Assembly (NCBI GenBank): GCA_042568575.1
Contig: JBHPIO010000003.1
Span: 32,001-96,000 of the forward strand
DNA length: 64,000 nucleotides
Direction of reading: 5' to 3'
Source of the DNA: Patescibacteria group bacterium
Lineage (GTDB): Bacteria > Patescibacteriota > Gracilibacteria > UBA1369 > PNNO01
Position numbers and translations under genes: made by a program. The first letter of the stretch is position 1. Every line of letters starts with the position of its first letter. This document shows positions 39,941-50,143 of the stretch, piece after piece. Under the pieces are notes generated by a model that did no database searches, was not told the DNA's origin, and saw nothing but the letters and a program-made list of their open reading frames with translations.

Positions 39941-41821
39941 TTAAACGTTTGCGTAAATCCGTCTTCCTTGAGCGTCGCGATAATTATTGTGATGCCATCC
40001 TTCGCGGTAGTATGTTTTTCCTAAGAAGAAACTGGCTTGTAGTTTTTCATCGAGATATCGCCTGTTTCTGATTGCGAGTTTATCGTTTTGGCTTAAGTTG
40101 TCTACTGCGATTATGTAGTAGGATTTCATTACTCTTAAGTATTCTTTGAGTTTTGCCTCTCTTAATTCTGGGCTTAACCTTGCTATTTTGCGGACATGAC
40201 TTGCACGTAGCCATGCACTTTCTTTTGAGTTCCATATTCTTCTTTTTATAGATCGAGAACTTAGTTTTTTTTCTGCAGCTTGTTTAATTAAATCTGTAAA
40301 AAATCGGAATTGATAGTTTTCCATTTGTTCTGATTTTGTTTTTCGTTTGTCTTCATCGAGTAAAGCTAAATTATATACTGTTCGTGGTTTTATATAGCAC
40401 ATAACTTTGTCATACCTTGTCCATCTGCCGTTGAATCTGAATCTATTACTTGTAAGGCGTTTTCCATTTTCTGTTATAGCGACATCTTGTGCGCCTCCTG
40501 TGTTGTGAGGAGATCCGCCTCCTGGTGCAACCCACTTTCTGTTTTCTGCATGTGCAGCTTTAAGGAGTCTTGCTTCTGACCATTTTGGATGCTTTTTTTT
40601 GAGTTTCGCATACCTCCTGTCTAAACCAATCTTATACCATCTTGCTTGTTTGGCGGCTGGTCTATGGCCAGATCCAATATGAAATTCGTATCTGTTCCCA
40701 GTTTTTGCAGATAAAAGTTGTAAATATCGTTTATACATCCCATGGCACAAAGCAACAGGAGCTCTTAGTTTTTGACCTCCGCTTCCTGGAAATTCAACCA
40801 TTGAATCACGTGGATGGCGTTTTAGTCTTTTTCTCATTGCTATGAGTTCTGCCATGCTGTTTACTTTTTTGATTTCCCTCCATTGCCTGAGGAATTCTGC
40901 TCTTCGCATAGGCTTGTCAGCATATTCGCCTGTAGAAGGGAGTCGTAGTTTTTTTGATGGTGCATCATCTAATGCTAATTTTTTTCGTGGGGCTTTAGTA
41001 CGTTTTCTTGGGCCAACTCTACCAGCTTCCCTTTTTTGAGTAGGTATCCTCCCAGTTTCTGCTTTCTGGCTTCTTGTAAACCCTGTTCGAGATGTGTTTA
41101 TCAAATTATCCCAATCTGTTTCTATTGGGAGACCTTTTTTCTTAAGTTCTGCTTTTGTTAGAATTTTGGTTGGAGTAAGGACTGCCCAATAAACTGCGGC
41201 ATATCCTTTTGAATCTTCCCAATAGAAATGTCCGTCTGCGCCACGTACTGCGTATCCGCTTTTACCTTTGCCTTTTTCTAGGTTTTTTACGTACAATTTT
41301 GTGATCCCTGGTTGTCTTGCTGTTAAAGCTTTAAGTCCGATGCTTCTATATGCTGCTCCACATAAATTTAGATTGATTTCGGTTGGTTCTCCAAGTTTAT
41401 ACTTACTTCCAAACTTCATGTCTCTGTAAATGTCCAGTTTGTCGTGTCTTGATATTGATCTGCCAAATAATCTTCTTAATGCTCCAGGTTGTTTTTTGAG
41501 TCCTTCAATTAGCTGTTCGGCAGATAATCCACTTACTGTTCTTTTGATGGATTTGCCTGTGGCATTCTTTTTTATTGCTACACCAAATGCTTTTTTGAAT
41601 TTTTCTTTTTCCGGGGCGGTAAACTGATATTCCCAATTACTTCTTTTAGTTCCTTCTGGATGCTGGATTGTACCTTTTAATCTTTGACGATGAAGTTTTA
41701 TTCGCGCTTTCACAACAGCTTCACTACCTTTTTTTCGGGTAGCTTGAGTTGTTTCATCCACATTCTTTAATAGAGATGAAACCTTTTTTACCAAATCGAC
41801 AATGCCTTTACGGATATCCAT
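39941..41821 (-). CDS. Highly basic protein with a C-terminal M15 (VanY-like) zinc peptidase domain
   Basis: SGHR...Q, SPHNTGGAQD (SxHxxGxAxD) and EGWH; start revised to MDIRKG. Confidence 0.65.
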   Translation of the reverse strand: MDIRKGIVDLVKKVSSLLKNVDETTQATRKKGSEAVVKARIKLHRQRLKGTIQHPEGTKRSNWEYQFTAPEKEKFKKAFGVAIKKNATGKSIKRTVSGLSAEQLIEGLKKQPGALRRLFGRSISRHDKLDIYRDMKFGSKYKLGEPTEINLNLCGAAYRSIGLKALTARQPGITKLYVKNLEKGKGKSGYAVRGADGHFYWEDSKGYAAVYWAVLTPTKILTKAELKKKGLPIETDWDNLINTSRTGFTRSQKAETGRIPTQKREAGRVGPRKRTKAPRKKLALDDAPSKKLRLPSTGEYADKPMRRAEFLRQWREIKKVNSMAELIAMRKRLKRHPRDSMVEFPGSGGQKLRAPVALCHGMYKRYLQLLSAKTGNRYEFHIGSGHRPAAKQARWYKIGLDRRYAKLKKKHPKWSEARLLKAAHAENRKWVAPGGGSPHNTGGAQDVAITENGKRLTSNRFRFNGRWTRYDKVMCYIKPRTVYNLALLDEDKRKTKSEQMENYQFRFFTDLIKQAAEKKLSSRSIKRRIWNSKESAWLRASHVRKIARLSPELREAKLKEYLRVMKSYYIIAVDNLSQNDKLAIRNRRYLDEKLQASFFLGKTYYREGWHHNNYRDAQGRRIYANV

Positions 41822-41950
41822 TTTTTTGTTTTTATATCCCAATATTATACCAGAAAATGGACGAAAATGCACTTTGTTTTACTGCTTTGTTCGTAAGTCT
41901 TCCATAAACAGCATTCTTATGCTATAATTATAGGAAAATAATTAAAAAAA

Positions 41951-43288
41951 ATGACTAAAGTAAAAGGAGCACTTTACAGTTCATTTATAATTGCAATTAT
42001 CGCAATTATGACAGTGGGGCAAGTTGCAACTGTTTATGCTCAAGAAATCATAGTAAATACAGATATAGATTTTCAGGAAAATAATCTAATTCTTGATGCA
42101 GATGACTCAGGATCTGATATTACTTTGCAATTTGGTACAACTTTGAATAAGTATCTAAAGTGGGATAACACAAATTCCTATTTTTCTTTTAATGCGGATA
42201 TAAATTTGGAAGGAAATGAGATCCAAAATTTTAATATTGAGAATTTAGCTGTAGCTCCAACTTGTGATGCTGCTGCAAGTGGACGAATGTATCACGATAC
42301 AGCAGATACAAACTCGTATATTTGTGACGGAAGTAGTTGGCAGCAAATAGATAGTAGTGGAGCGGCTGGAACTTCTCTTGCAGCGGTACAAGCGCGCAGA
42401 GATACAGATTTTACATTAACTTCAGCAAGTACTTGGTATGATATCCCTCTTACACTTACAGATTTGGAAAGCGATACTTCTGTTCTTCAACACAACGATA
42501 CAAATAATGATCGGATTGATGTTAAGGAAGATGGTTTATATAGAATTACATATCAAATTAACTCAAATGATGCCTCTGTAACTCATCAGCTTGAAACTAG
42601 AGTTCGCATAAATGATACAACCGTTTTAGATGGATCACTTCTGGTTAATCGTAACTATTCGGATGAATATAGTCCTTCGACAGGAACATTCCTGGCCGAC
42701 TTAACTAGTGGTGATTACATTTCATTGCAGGCGCAAAGAACAACAGCAAATCTAGTTATAGAGGAAACATCAGTAACAATTGTTAAATTGGAAGGAATAA
42801 AAGGGGATCAAGGTGATCCCGGAGCTCCTGGAACATTAACTTATACAATTGGTCAGTTCTATGACGGGACTGGCGGGCAGAATGTTAATGTAACTACCCC
42901 TGTTGCAATTCAATTAGATAATGAAACTCGAAAAGATTCAGGAATTACTCATAGTACAGTTATTAATGATTCACGTGTAGTTTTAGATGCTGCTGGTTGG
43001 TATCAAATTACATATAATGTTTCCACAGAAAGCCAAACTACAAACAGAAAAAATGTTAGGTGCAGAGTGCGCATGAATGGATCAACTTATGTCACTCCTT
43101 CTGATTCGTATATGTATTCCAGAAATATAACTGATGAGTGGGGAACAAATACAGCCGAGTTAATTGTTGAGACTACAGGTACGAATGAATATTACGAAGT
43201 GATGTGTAATGGTGAAGGTTCTGGGGTAGGAAGTGAGGCTGCAAATACAGTTGCAGGACAATCTTGGACCTTGGTTGAAAAGAAATAG
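41951..43288 (+). CDS. Secreted protein with two C1q/BclA-C-like beta domains and a short collagen-like linker
   Basis: Signal peptide ending VYA-Q; DGLYRITYQ and AGWYQITYN strands; GIKGDQGDPGAPG. Confidence 0.65.
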   Translation: MTKVKGALYSSFIIAIIAIMTVGQVATVYAQEIIVNTDIDFQENNLILDADDSGSDITLQFGTTLNKYLKWDNTNSYFSFNADINLEGNEIQNFNIENLAVAPTCDAAASGRMYHDTADTNSYICDGSSWQQIDSSGAAGTSLAAVQARRDTDFTLTSASTWYDIPLTLTDLESDTSVLQHNDTNNDRIDVKEDGLYRITYQINSNDASVTHQLETRVRINDTTVLDGSLLVNRNYSDEYSPSTGTFLADLTSGDYISLQAQRTTANLVIEETSVTIVKLEGIKGDQGDPGAPGTLTYTIGQFYDGTGGQNVNVTTPVAIQLDNETRKDSGITHSTVINDSRVVLDAAGWYQITYNVSTESQTTNRKNVRCRVRMNGSTYVTPSDSYMYSRNITDEWGTNTAELIVETTGTNEYYEVMCNGEGSGVGSEAANTVAGQSWTLVEKK

Positions 43289-43336
43289 GCTTATAGTGTA
43301 TATTTCCCATGGCTTTTCACTTTAGGATTTTTCAAC

Positions 43337-44977
43337 ATGGAACAAAAGCAGTGCAAGAATTGTAATATAGAATTTAAAGTTACTGATTCAGATCAGGAAT
43401 TTTATAAAAAGTTGGAAGTTCCGGAGCCAACTCACTGCCCTGATTGTCGTCAACAAAGGCGATTGGCTTTTAGAAACGAACGAAAATTGTTTAAGCGAAA
43501 ATGTGATTTGTGCGATGAAGATATTATTTCGTTTTTTCAGGAAAACGAGCCTTTTCCGGTTTATTGTTCGGAGTGTTGGTGGAGTGACAAATGGGATCCA
43601 GTAGATCATGGTCAGGATTTCGATTTTGATCGACCATTCTTTGATCAATTTAAAGAACTTATGATGAAGGTTCCTAAAATGGGAATGCTTCTCTATTTTG
43701 TTGAAAACTCTCCATATAACAGCTTGCTCGCGTATTCCAAAAATACATACATGAGTCCGGGAAGTTACTATTGCGATGATTGTTTGTATGTTCGCAAAAG
43801 TCAGTATTCAACAAATTGTATGAATAGTAATTTGTTAGATCACTGTGAGCTTGTTGCAGATAGTACAAATTGCAAAAGTTGCTACAATAGTCATCATCTA
43901 ATTAATTGTAGAAATTGTACGGACTGCGGGTATATGGCGGATTCATTTAGTTGTGAAAATTGCTTTATGTGCAGCGGAATTTCTCGAAAGAAATTTCATT
44001 TTAAGAATCAATCTTATCCGGAAGAGGATTATCATCGTCTGGTTGAAGAGCATATGAAGAGAGATCCAAAAGAACTTGAGTTGGAATTTAATGATTTCAA
44101 TAAGGAAATTCCGAAAAAATATCAAAATCAGATTCAATGTGAGAATTCTTCGGGTGATTTTCTTCAGAATTGCAGCAATGCACATGAGGCTTACGACTGT
44201 TTTGAAGTAGAGGATTGCAAATACATGTACGATTGCGTGGGAGTTACAGATTCAATGGATTTGTCGTTTCATGATAAAGATATCGAGCTTTGTTATGAGC
44301 TTTGTAGTGGTGGAGATGCGAATAAAAATCTTAAATTCACTTTTTGCAGTTGTCTGAATAGTGATTCGATGTATCTTTTTGTGACAATGGGTGGGCATGA
44401 TTGTTTTGGTTGTGATGGACTTCATTCAAAACAGAAATATTGTATTCTGAACAAACAATATTCGAAGGAAGAATATTTTGAAATGCGTGACAAAGTCATC
44501 GAACATATGAAAAAAACAGGAGAATTTGGTGAGTTTTTCCCGATTAGTTTGTCTTTGTATCCTTACAATCATACAAGTGCGCAGGATTATTATCCTTTAA
44601 CGAAAGAGGAGGCGCTTGCAAAGGGATATAAATGGCTTGATGAAGATCCGAAAGATTATAGTAAAGCTGCAACTGAAATCCCTAATGATATTAATGAAGT
44701 TCCGGATAGTATTGTGAAAGAGGTTTTGGTATGTAAGGAGTGCAGCAAAAATTACAAGATTATTGAACAAGAGTTGCGGCTTTCAAAGAGAATGAAAGTT
44801 CCGATTTCTCATTTGTGTGCTGATTGCAGGCAGCTTAAGCTGAACAAGTTAAAGAATCCGCGAAAACTGTGGGATCGAAAGTGTGATAAATGTGATGATC
44901 CGATTCAGACTACTTACGCACCGAAAAAGCCCGAGAAGGTTTATTGTGAGAAGTGCTATTTGAAGGAGATTGTTTAG
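43337..44977 (+). CDS. Cys-rich zinc-ribbon/solenoid protein, paralog 1
   Basis: CxxC...PTHCPDCRQQRRLAFRNER; ILNKQYSKEEY...HMKKTGEFGEFFP; KVYCEKCY. Confidence 0.9.
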   Translation: MEQKQCKNCNIEFKVTDSDQEFYKKLEVPEPTHCPDCRQQRRLAFRNERKLFKRKCDLCDEDIISFFQENEPFPVYCSECWWSDKWDPVDHGQDFDFDRPFFDQFKELMMKVPKMGMLLYFVENSPYNSLLAYSKNTYMSPGSYYCDDCLYVRKSQYSTNCMNSNLLDHCELVADSTNCKSCYNSHHLINCRNCTDCGYMADSFSCENCFMCSGISRKKFHFKNQSYPEEDYHRLVEEHMKRDPKELELEFNDFNKEIPKKYQNQIQCENSSGDFLQNCSNAHEAYDCFEVEDCKYMYDCVGVTDSMDLSFHDKDIELCYELCSGGDANKNLKFTFCSCLNSDSMYLFVTMGGHDCFGCDGLHSKQKYCILNKQYSKEEYFEMRDKVIEHMKKTGEFGEFFPISLSLYPYNHTSAQDYYPLTKEEALAKGYKWLDEDPKDYSKAATEIPNDINEVPDSIVKEVLVCKECSKNYKIIEQELRLSKRMKVPISHLCADCRQLKLNKLKNPRKLWDRKCDKCDDPIQTTYAPKKPEKVYCEKCYLKEIV

Positions 44978-45031
44978 TTGACAGTATTTTGTTTTAGTGC
45001 TTGAATATACGTGGCTTGTATCACTCAACCC

Positions 45032-45802
45032 ATGCGCAAAAAACTAACTAATTTGTTGCGGCTTGCACAGCTAAAAGATGAAGAAATAACACTTTATCTG
45101 TTTTTGCTTAAGTTCAAACAGGTAACAATTTCCGAGCTGGTTGAAAAGAGCCAGTTAAATTTTATGATGGTTTATCGCACAATTAAACGTCTTCGTGAAA
45201 GAGGGATGGTTGAAGCAGTGCCGGTAAATAATAAACAGGACATTTATAAACCACTTTCACTACAATCGATTATTAACAAAATACAATCGCAGCAGCGAAA
45301 GCTTAAAAGATTAGAGTGCGGATTAAAGGGGCTTGATGATTTTCTTCCGTATGTGGATATTGATAATACTGAAGAGGATTTGATTCAAGTGAGAGAAGGA
45401 ATAGATGCATTTAAAGAAGAATATCTAAAATTACCAGAACTAAATTGTGAAGAAATGCTGCCATTAGGAGATATAACGCATTTATGGAGAACATCTAAAT
45501 TGTCTTATGATTGTCCTGAAGAAAGAAATTTTATTCACAAACGGCTCAAAAAAGGCCTTTCTGTTCGTATGTTAACAACCCCATGTGAAAATGGAAGAGC
45601 CCTGCTTGCTAGAGATGGTCTTGAGAAAAGAACAACACGTTTAAAGTCTAAACTTCCAATTACAGAAAACATGTTGATAATTACTAAAAACCAATCATCG
45701 CTATTTATTTGTGATGAAGATGATCCACGGGTCATTACAATTAAACAACCGGATATGCTTGAAATGCAGAAAAATCAATTTCACGGTTTGTGGTCGGCGT
45801 AA
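45032..45802 (+). CDS. TrmB-like HTH regulator
   Basis: LKDEEITLY...TISELVEKSQLNFMMVYRTIKRLRERGMV; C-terminal effector-like domain (EGIDAF...KRLKKGLSVRML). Confidence 0.8.
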   Translation: MRKKLTNLLRLAQLKDEEITLYLFLLKFKQVTISELVEKSQLNFMMVYRTIKRLRERGMVEAVPVNNKQDIYKPLSLQSIINKIQSQQRKLKRLECGLKGLDDFLPYVDIDNTEEDLIQVREGIDAFKEEYLKLPELNCEEMLPLGDITHLWRTSKLSYDCPEERNFIHKRLKKGLSVRMLTTPCENGRALLARDGLEKRTTRLKSKLPITENMLIITKNQSSLFICDEDDPRVITIKQPDMLEMQKNQFHGLWSA

Positions 45803-45869
45803 TATTAACAATCCATTGAAAATAAATAGTGAAGTTTTGCCTTTATTAAAGCCAAATTTGTTTTTTTAT

Positions 45870-45906
45870 GGAAAAATTTTGCAATTTTCCTATGTTCGTC
45901 TACTAT
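45870..45906 (+). promoter_or_regulatory. Promoter of paralog 2 with an overlapping imperfect inverted repeat
   Basis: GGAAAAATT-TTGC-AATTTTCC (45870-45890); TTGCAA-N16-TACTAT. Confidence 0.5.
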
Positions 45907-45928
45907 TGTGGTGGATTAACAATTTTTT

Positions 45929-47572
45929 ATGGAACAAAAGCGGTGCACAGATTGTGGAAACAGTTTTACAATCGATGACGATGAGCTAGAGTTGTATGAA
46001 AAGTACGATATGCCGCCTGAAGATATTTGCTTTAGATGTTCTCAAATGCATCGACTTAGTTTTAGAAACGAAAGGGTTTTGTATCAAAGGAAGTGTGATT
46101 TTTCGGGAGAGTCTATTCTTTCGATTTATTCGCCAGATAGTCCATATAAAGTTTATAAAAACACTCATTGGTATGGCGATAAGTGGGACGCATTAGAGTA
46201 TGGTCGTGATTTTGATTTTAATCGGTCTTTTTTTGAACAATTTAAAGAATTACAATTGGAGGTTCCTCGTCTTGCTTTAATTAATGCTAGAGCCGAAAAC
46301 AGCGATTACTGTAATATGACGTGGGGGAATAAAAATTGCTATTTGGTTTTTGGCGGAGATTTCAATGAAGATGTTCAGTGTGGGACTTTATGTATGTACA
46401 ACAAAGACTGTGTTGATGTGGATTTAAGTGATAAAAATGAGGTTTGTTATTTTATGGGTGATTCTTATAACTGTTATGGATGTCAGTATACGTTTGATTC
46501 TAAGAATTGTACTGACTGCTTCTTTATAAGTGATTGTATTGGGTGTTCGGATTGTATTTTGTGTACGAATTTAGTTAAAAAGTCGTACTGTATTTTAAAT
46601 AAACAGTATTCAAAAGAAGAATATTTTGAGAAAAAAGCCGAACTTTTGGATGGAAGTTATAGCAAAATGAAAGAAAATTTCAAAAAATTGCTCGAATTAC
46701 GAAATGAAAGAATTGTTAAGTATTTTCACGGAGTTAATTGTGAGAATTGTACTGGAGATTACATAAATAATTCGAAAAATTGTATAAATTGTTACAACAT
46801 TGGTGATAGTGAGGATCTCCGAAATTGCATTTTAGTAATAAATGGGAAAGATATTTTTAATGCTTCATATATAGGACATAAAACAGAAGCATCTTATGGG
46901 TCTGTTGCAACAGTAACAGCTAATTTTGTGAATAATACTTATTTTTCTTTTGATTGTAACAATATTGATTATTCTGAGCAGATGCAAAATAGTGAAAACT
47001 GTTTTGGGTGTAATGGTTTGAATCATAAAAAGAATTGTATTTTGAATAAACAATATTCTGAGGATGAATATAAAGAGATGCGGAAAAAAATTATTGAACA
47101 TATGAAAAAAACAGGGGAATGGGGGAAGTTTTTCCCTAAAAACTTGGGATGTTTTGCATATAATGAAGGTACAGCTCATCAATATTTTCCTTTAAAGAAA
47201 GAGCAAGCGTTAAAGTTCGGTTATAGGTGGAAAGAGGAGGATAAACGTGAATATAAGCCGGCAACATTTACTCTGCCGGATAGTATTAAAGAAGTTCCAG
47301 ATTCTGTTGTGGATGAGATTTTTGCTTGTAGTGATTGTGGAAAAAACTACAAAATAAACGCGGCTGAATTGAAGTTTTATAGAAGGTTCAATATACCTGT
47401 TCCGCACGAATGTTTTGAGTGCAGGCATAGAGCAAGATTGAATTTAAGGACACCTTTGCATCTTTGGGATAGAAGTTGCGGAAAATGCGGTGCTGAGTTT
47501 AAAACGACGTATTCAGAAGATCGTCCTGAGCAAGTTTATTGCGAAAAATGTTACCTTGAAGAAGTCGTTTGA
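45929..47572 (+). CDS. Cys-rich zinc-ribbon/solenoid protein, paralog 2
   Basis: Same conserved blocks (FRNER, GRDFDF, HMKKTGEWG, VYCEKCY). Confidence 0.9.
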   Translation: MEQKRCTDCGNSFTIDDDELELYEKYDMPPEDICFRCSQMHRLSFRNERVLYQRKCDFSGESILSIYSPDSPYKVYKNTHWYGDKWDALEYGRDFDFNRSFFEQFKELQLEVPRLALINARAENSDYCNMTWGNKNCYLVFGGDFNEDVQCGTLCMYNKDCVDVDLSDKNEVCYFMGDSYNCYGCQYTFDSKNCTDCFFISDCIGCSDCILCTNLVKKSYCILNKQYSKEEYFEKKAELLDGSYSKMKENFKKLLELRNERIVKYFHGVNCENCTGDYINNSKNCINCYNIGDSEDLRNCILVINGKDIFNASYIGHKTEASYGSVATVTANFVNNTYFSFDCNNIDYSEQMQNSENCFGCNGLNHKKNCILNKQYSEDEYKEMRKKIIEHMKKTGEWGKFFPKNLGCFAYNEGTAHQYFPLKKEQALKFGYRWKEEDKREYKPATFTLPDSIKEVPDSVVDEIFACSDCGKNYKINAAELKFYRRFNIPVPHECFECRHRARLNLRTPLHLWDRSCGKCGAEFKTTYSEDRPEQVYCEKCYLEEVV

Positions 47573-47624
47573 GTACTAGGTACTCTCATGCGATTAGCTT
47601 TAACAAGCCATTTCATAGCGAGTA

Positions 47625-48083
47625 CTAAGTACTACTTAAATTTGGCGTAACCATAAACCGCACGCTCCAGTTTCCGTCTTTGTCTTTTTTCAGACAAACA
47701 ATTCCGCCTTGCTGGAATGTGATAACTGGTTTTTCTGCGTTTCCGGTAAGAAGAAGTGAAGAAAGCTTTTGCATGAATGGGAGATGACCAACAAGCATTA
47801 ATCCATCTTGTAATTGGTCGACCCAAATAGTCACATCATCCATTGGCTTTAGGCCTTCTTTTTCTTCAAGTTGGCCTTCTGGGAGGAGATGTTTTGCAAA
47901 GATCTCAGCGGTTTGTTTTGCGCGCAGTTTAACGCTGTGGAACATTGCATCAACTTTTATTCCTTCTTTTGCGGCGTATGAAGCGACTTTTTCACAGTCA
48001 GAACGTCCTTTGTCAGACAAACCTTCTTGCGGATCAACATCTTCCGTAAGTTGATTACCGTGTTGTACTAAATAGATTTTCAT
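47625..48083 (-). CDS. sixA: Phosphohistidine phosphatase SixA
   Basis: MKIYLVQHG, HSVKLRAKQTA and MLVGHLP motifs; start revised to 48083. Confidence 0.85.
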   Translation of the reverse strand: MKIYLVQHGNQLTEDVDPQEGLSDKGRSDCEKVASYAAKEGIKVDAMFHSVKLRAKQTAEIFAKHLLPEGQLEEKEGLKPMDDVTIWVDQLQDGLMLVGHLPFMQKLSSLLLTGNAEKPVITFQQGGIVCLKKDKDGNWSVRFMVTPNLSST

Positions 48084-48215
48084 AGTATGATTATACCCTT
48101 CTTTTTTTAACTTGTAAAAAAGAGTATAATTCGCCCAGACACGAAGCAAAGCTGAGTGTCCTGCTGAGCTAAGGCGAAGCGTAAACGTGAGCGAAGCGAA
48201 CACCTTATTGAAATT

Positions 48216-49865
48216 ATGGAAAAACATTCGTGCAAAAATTGTAGTAGCAGTTTTGAAATCACAAAAGATGATGTGGAGTTTTATGATAAGTTGGCGATTC
48301 CTTCGCCGACCTTTTGTCCTGATTGTCGTTTGCAGCGGCTTTTATCGTGGCGAAATGAGAATACTTACTACAGTCGCACATGCAATAAGTGTGAATGCAA
48401 AGTGATTTCTGTGCATTCGCCTGATCAACCTTATCCGATTTATTGTAATAAGTGTTGGTGGAGTGATGACTTGTATGCGATTGATTACGGACGGGATTTT
48501 GACTTTGATCGTCCTTTCTTTGATCAGTTCATCGAACTTCAAAAAGATGTTCCACAAATTGCAATGATGAATGATAACGGAGTAGCGAGCGAGAATTGTG
48601 AGTATTGTCAGGATTTTGCGTTTGGGAAAAATTGCTATCTAGTGACTGGAAGTTGGAAAATTCGTGATTCTTTTTATAGCAATAATACAAATCATGTTCA
48701 GGACGTTGTTGACTGTTCGTCTGTGAATCTTGAGTCGGAACTTGTTTATGAATCTGTGCATTCGCAGAAGTTATACAATTGTTCTTTTATGAATGTTTCG
48801 ACAAATTGTACTGACTGTCATTTTGGATACGATCTAAAGGGCTGCAAGGATTGTTTTGGTTGTATAGGGCTGCGGCAAAAGCAGTATTTCATTTTTAATG
48901 AAGCGCACACGGAAGAGGAGTATCGTGAAAAAATGTCGAAAATTGATTTAGGATCTTACGAAGGTCTCGAAAAAGTGAAAAAAGATTTTGCAGATTTCAT
49001 TTTGAATTTTCCGCGAAAGCATATTAATCAGATTAACTGTGAAAATTGTATTGGTGATAATTTATATAATTGCAAAAACACAGTTGGTTTTGATTGTTTT
49101 CATGCAGAGGGTTGTAAATATTTCTATAAAGGAGATCATCCGCAGTTTTGCTACGATATTTATCAAAGTGGGAACCCACAGTGGTGCTGCGAGTCTATAA
49201 CTCCTGATGATTCTTTTATGACTGCGTACAGTTTATGGTGTTGGAAGGATAAGCATGTTTTTTATAGTGATAACTGTCATTCGTCTGAACATTTGTTTGG
49301 GTGTATCGGTTTGCGTCGTCAAAAACATTGTATTTTGAATAAAAAATATTCAGAGGAAGAGTATGAAGATTTGAAAGCGCGCATTATTGAACATATGAAA
49401 AAGACTGGAGAATGGGGGCAGTTCTTCCCAGTTGAGAAATCTCCGTTTGGATACAATGAAACGGTTGCTCAGGATTATTTTCCTTTAACTAAAGAGCAAG
49501 CAGTAGAAAAAGGTTACAAATGGAAAGACATCGATCCAAAAAATTATCAAGAATCAACATACAAAATACCAGATGGTATTCACGATGCGCCAGATTCAAT
49601 TGTTGATGAGGTTCTTGCGTGCAGTGATTGTAAGAAAAATTATAAAATTATTCGTGGCGAGCTTGCGTTTTACAGGAAAATGGATTTGCCGATACCTGAA
49701 AAATGCCCTGACTGCCGTCGTTTAGATAGAATGAAACTTCAAACACCGAAAAAGTTGTGGAAAAGGACGTGTCACAAGTGTGGAATTGAAATTCAAACTG
49801 CTTTTGCGCCTGATAGGCCTGAAAATGTGTACTGCGAGCAATGTTATTTAAAGGAAGTTGCTTAA
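48216..49865 (+). CDS. Cys-rich zinc-ribbon/solenoid protein, paralog 3
   Basis: Same conserved blocks. Confidence 0.9.
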   Translation: MEKHSCKNCSSSFEITKDDVEFYDKLAIPSPTFCPDCRLQRLLSWRNENTYYSRTCNKCECKVISVHSPDQPYPIYCNKCWWSDDLYAIDYGRDFDFDRPFFDQFIELQKDVPQIAMMNDNGVASENCEYCQDFAFGKNCYLVTGSWKIRDSFYSNNTNHVQDVVDCSSVNLESELVYESVHSQKLYNCSFMNVSTNCTDCHFGYDLKGCKDCFGCIGLRQKQYFIFNEAHTEEEYREKMSKIDLGSYEGLEKVKKDFADFILNFPRKHINQINCENCIGDNLYNCKNTVGFDCFHAEGCKYFYKGDHPQFCYDIYQSGNPQWCCESITPDDSFMTAYSLWCWKDKHVFYSDNCHSSEHLFGCIGLRRQKHCILNKKYSEEEYEDLKARIIEHMKKTGEWGQFFPVEKSPFGYNETVAQDYFPLTKEQAVEKGYKWKDIDPKNYQESTYKIPDGIHDAPDSIVDEVLACSDCKKNYKIIRGELAFYRKMDLPIPEKCPDCRRLDRMKLQTPKKLWKRTCHKCGIEIQTAFAPDRPENVYCEQCYLKEVA

Positions 49866-49867
49866 GA

Positions 49868-50143
49868 TTATCCCATTTCTTTCCAAAAACATTCTTGGCA
49901 GTAGACAGTATATTTGCTGTCTTGAGAATATGTGGAGATGATGTTTTTTTTGCATTTATCACAAGTTCTTCGGTGTAACTTTCGTTCGTTTCTTTGCAAG
50001 AGTCTTCTCTTTTGCCTGCATTCGGGACAATTTGAAGGGACCGGGAGTTTTTTCTTTGTATAAAACATCTTTTCTTGAGGGATAATCAAGAATTGCCTTT
50101 TGCATTCTGCGCAGGTTATTTTGTCTGATGTTGTTGTATTCAT
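49868..50143 (-). CDS. Stand-alone zinc-ribbon protein (CxxC pairs plus CxxC-x17-CxxC), equivalent to the terminal module of the paralogs
   Basis: CAEC..F.I...EK.FY...LPVPSNCPECRQKRR...RNER.L..RTCDKC...VYCQECF; ATGA overlap with the upstream gene. Confidence 0.85.
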   Translation of the reverse strand: MNTTTSDKITCAECKRQFLIIPQEKMFYTKKKLPVPSNCPECRQKRRLLQRNERKLHRRTCDKCKKNIISTYSQDSKYTVYCQECFWKEMG

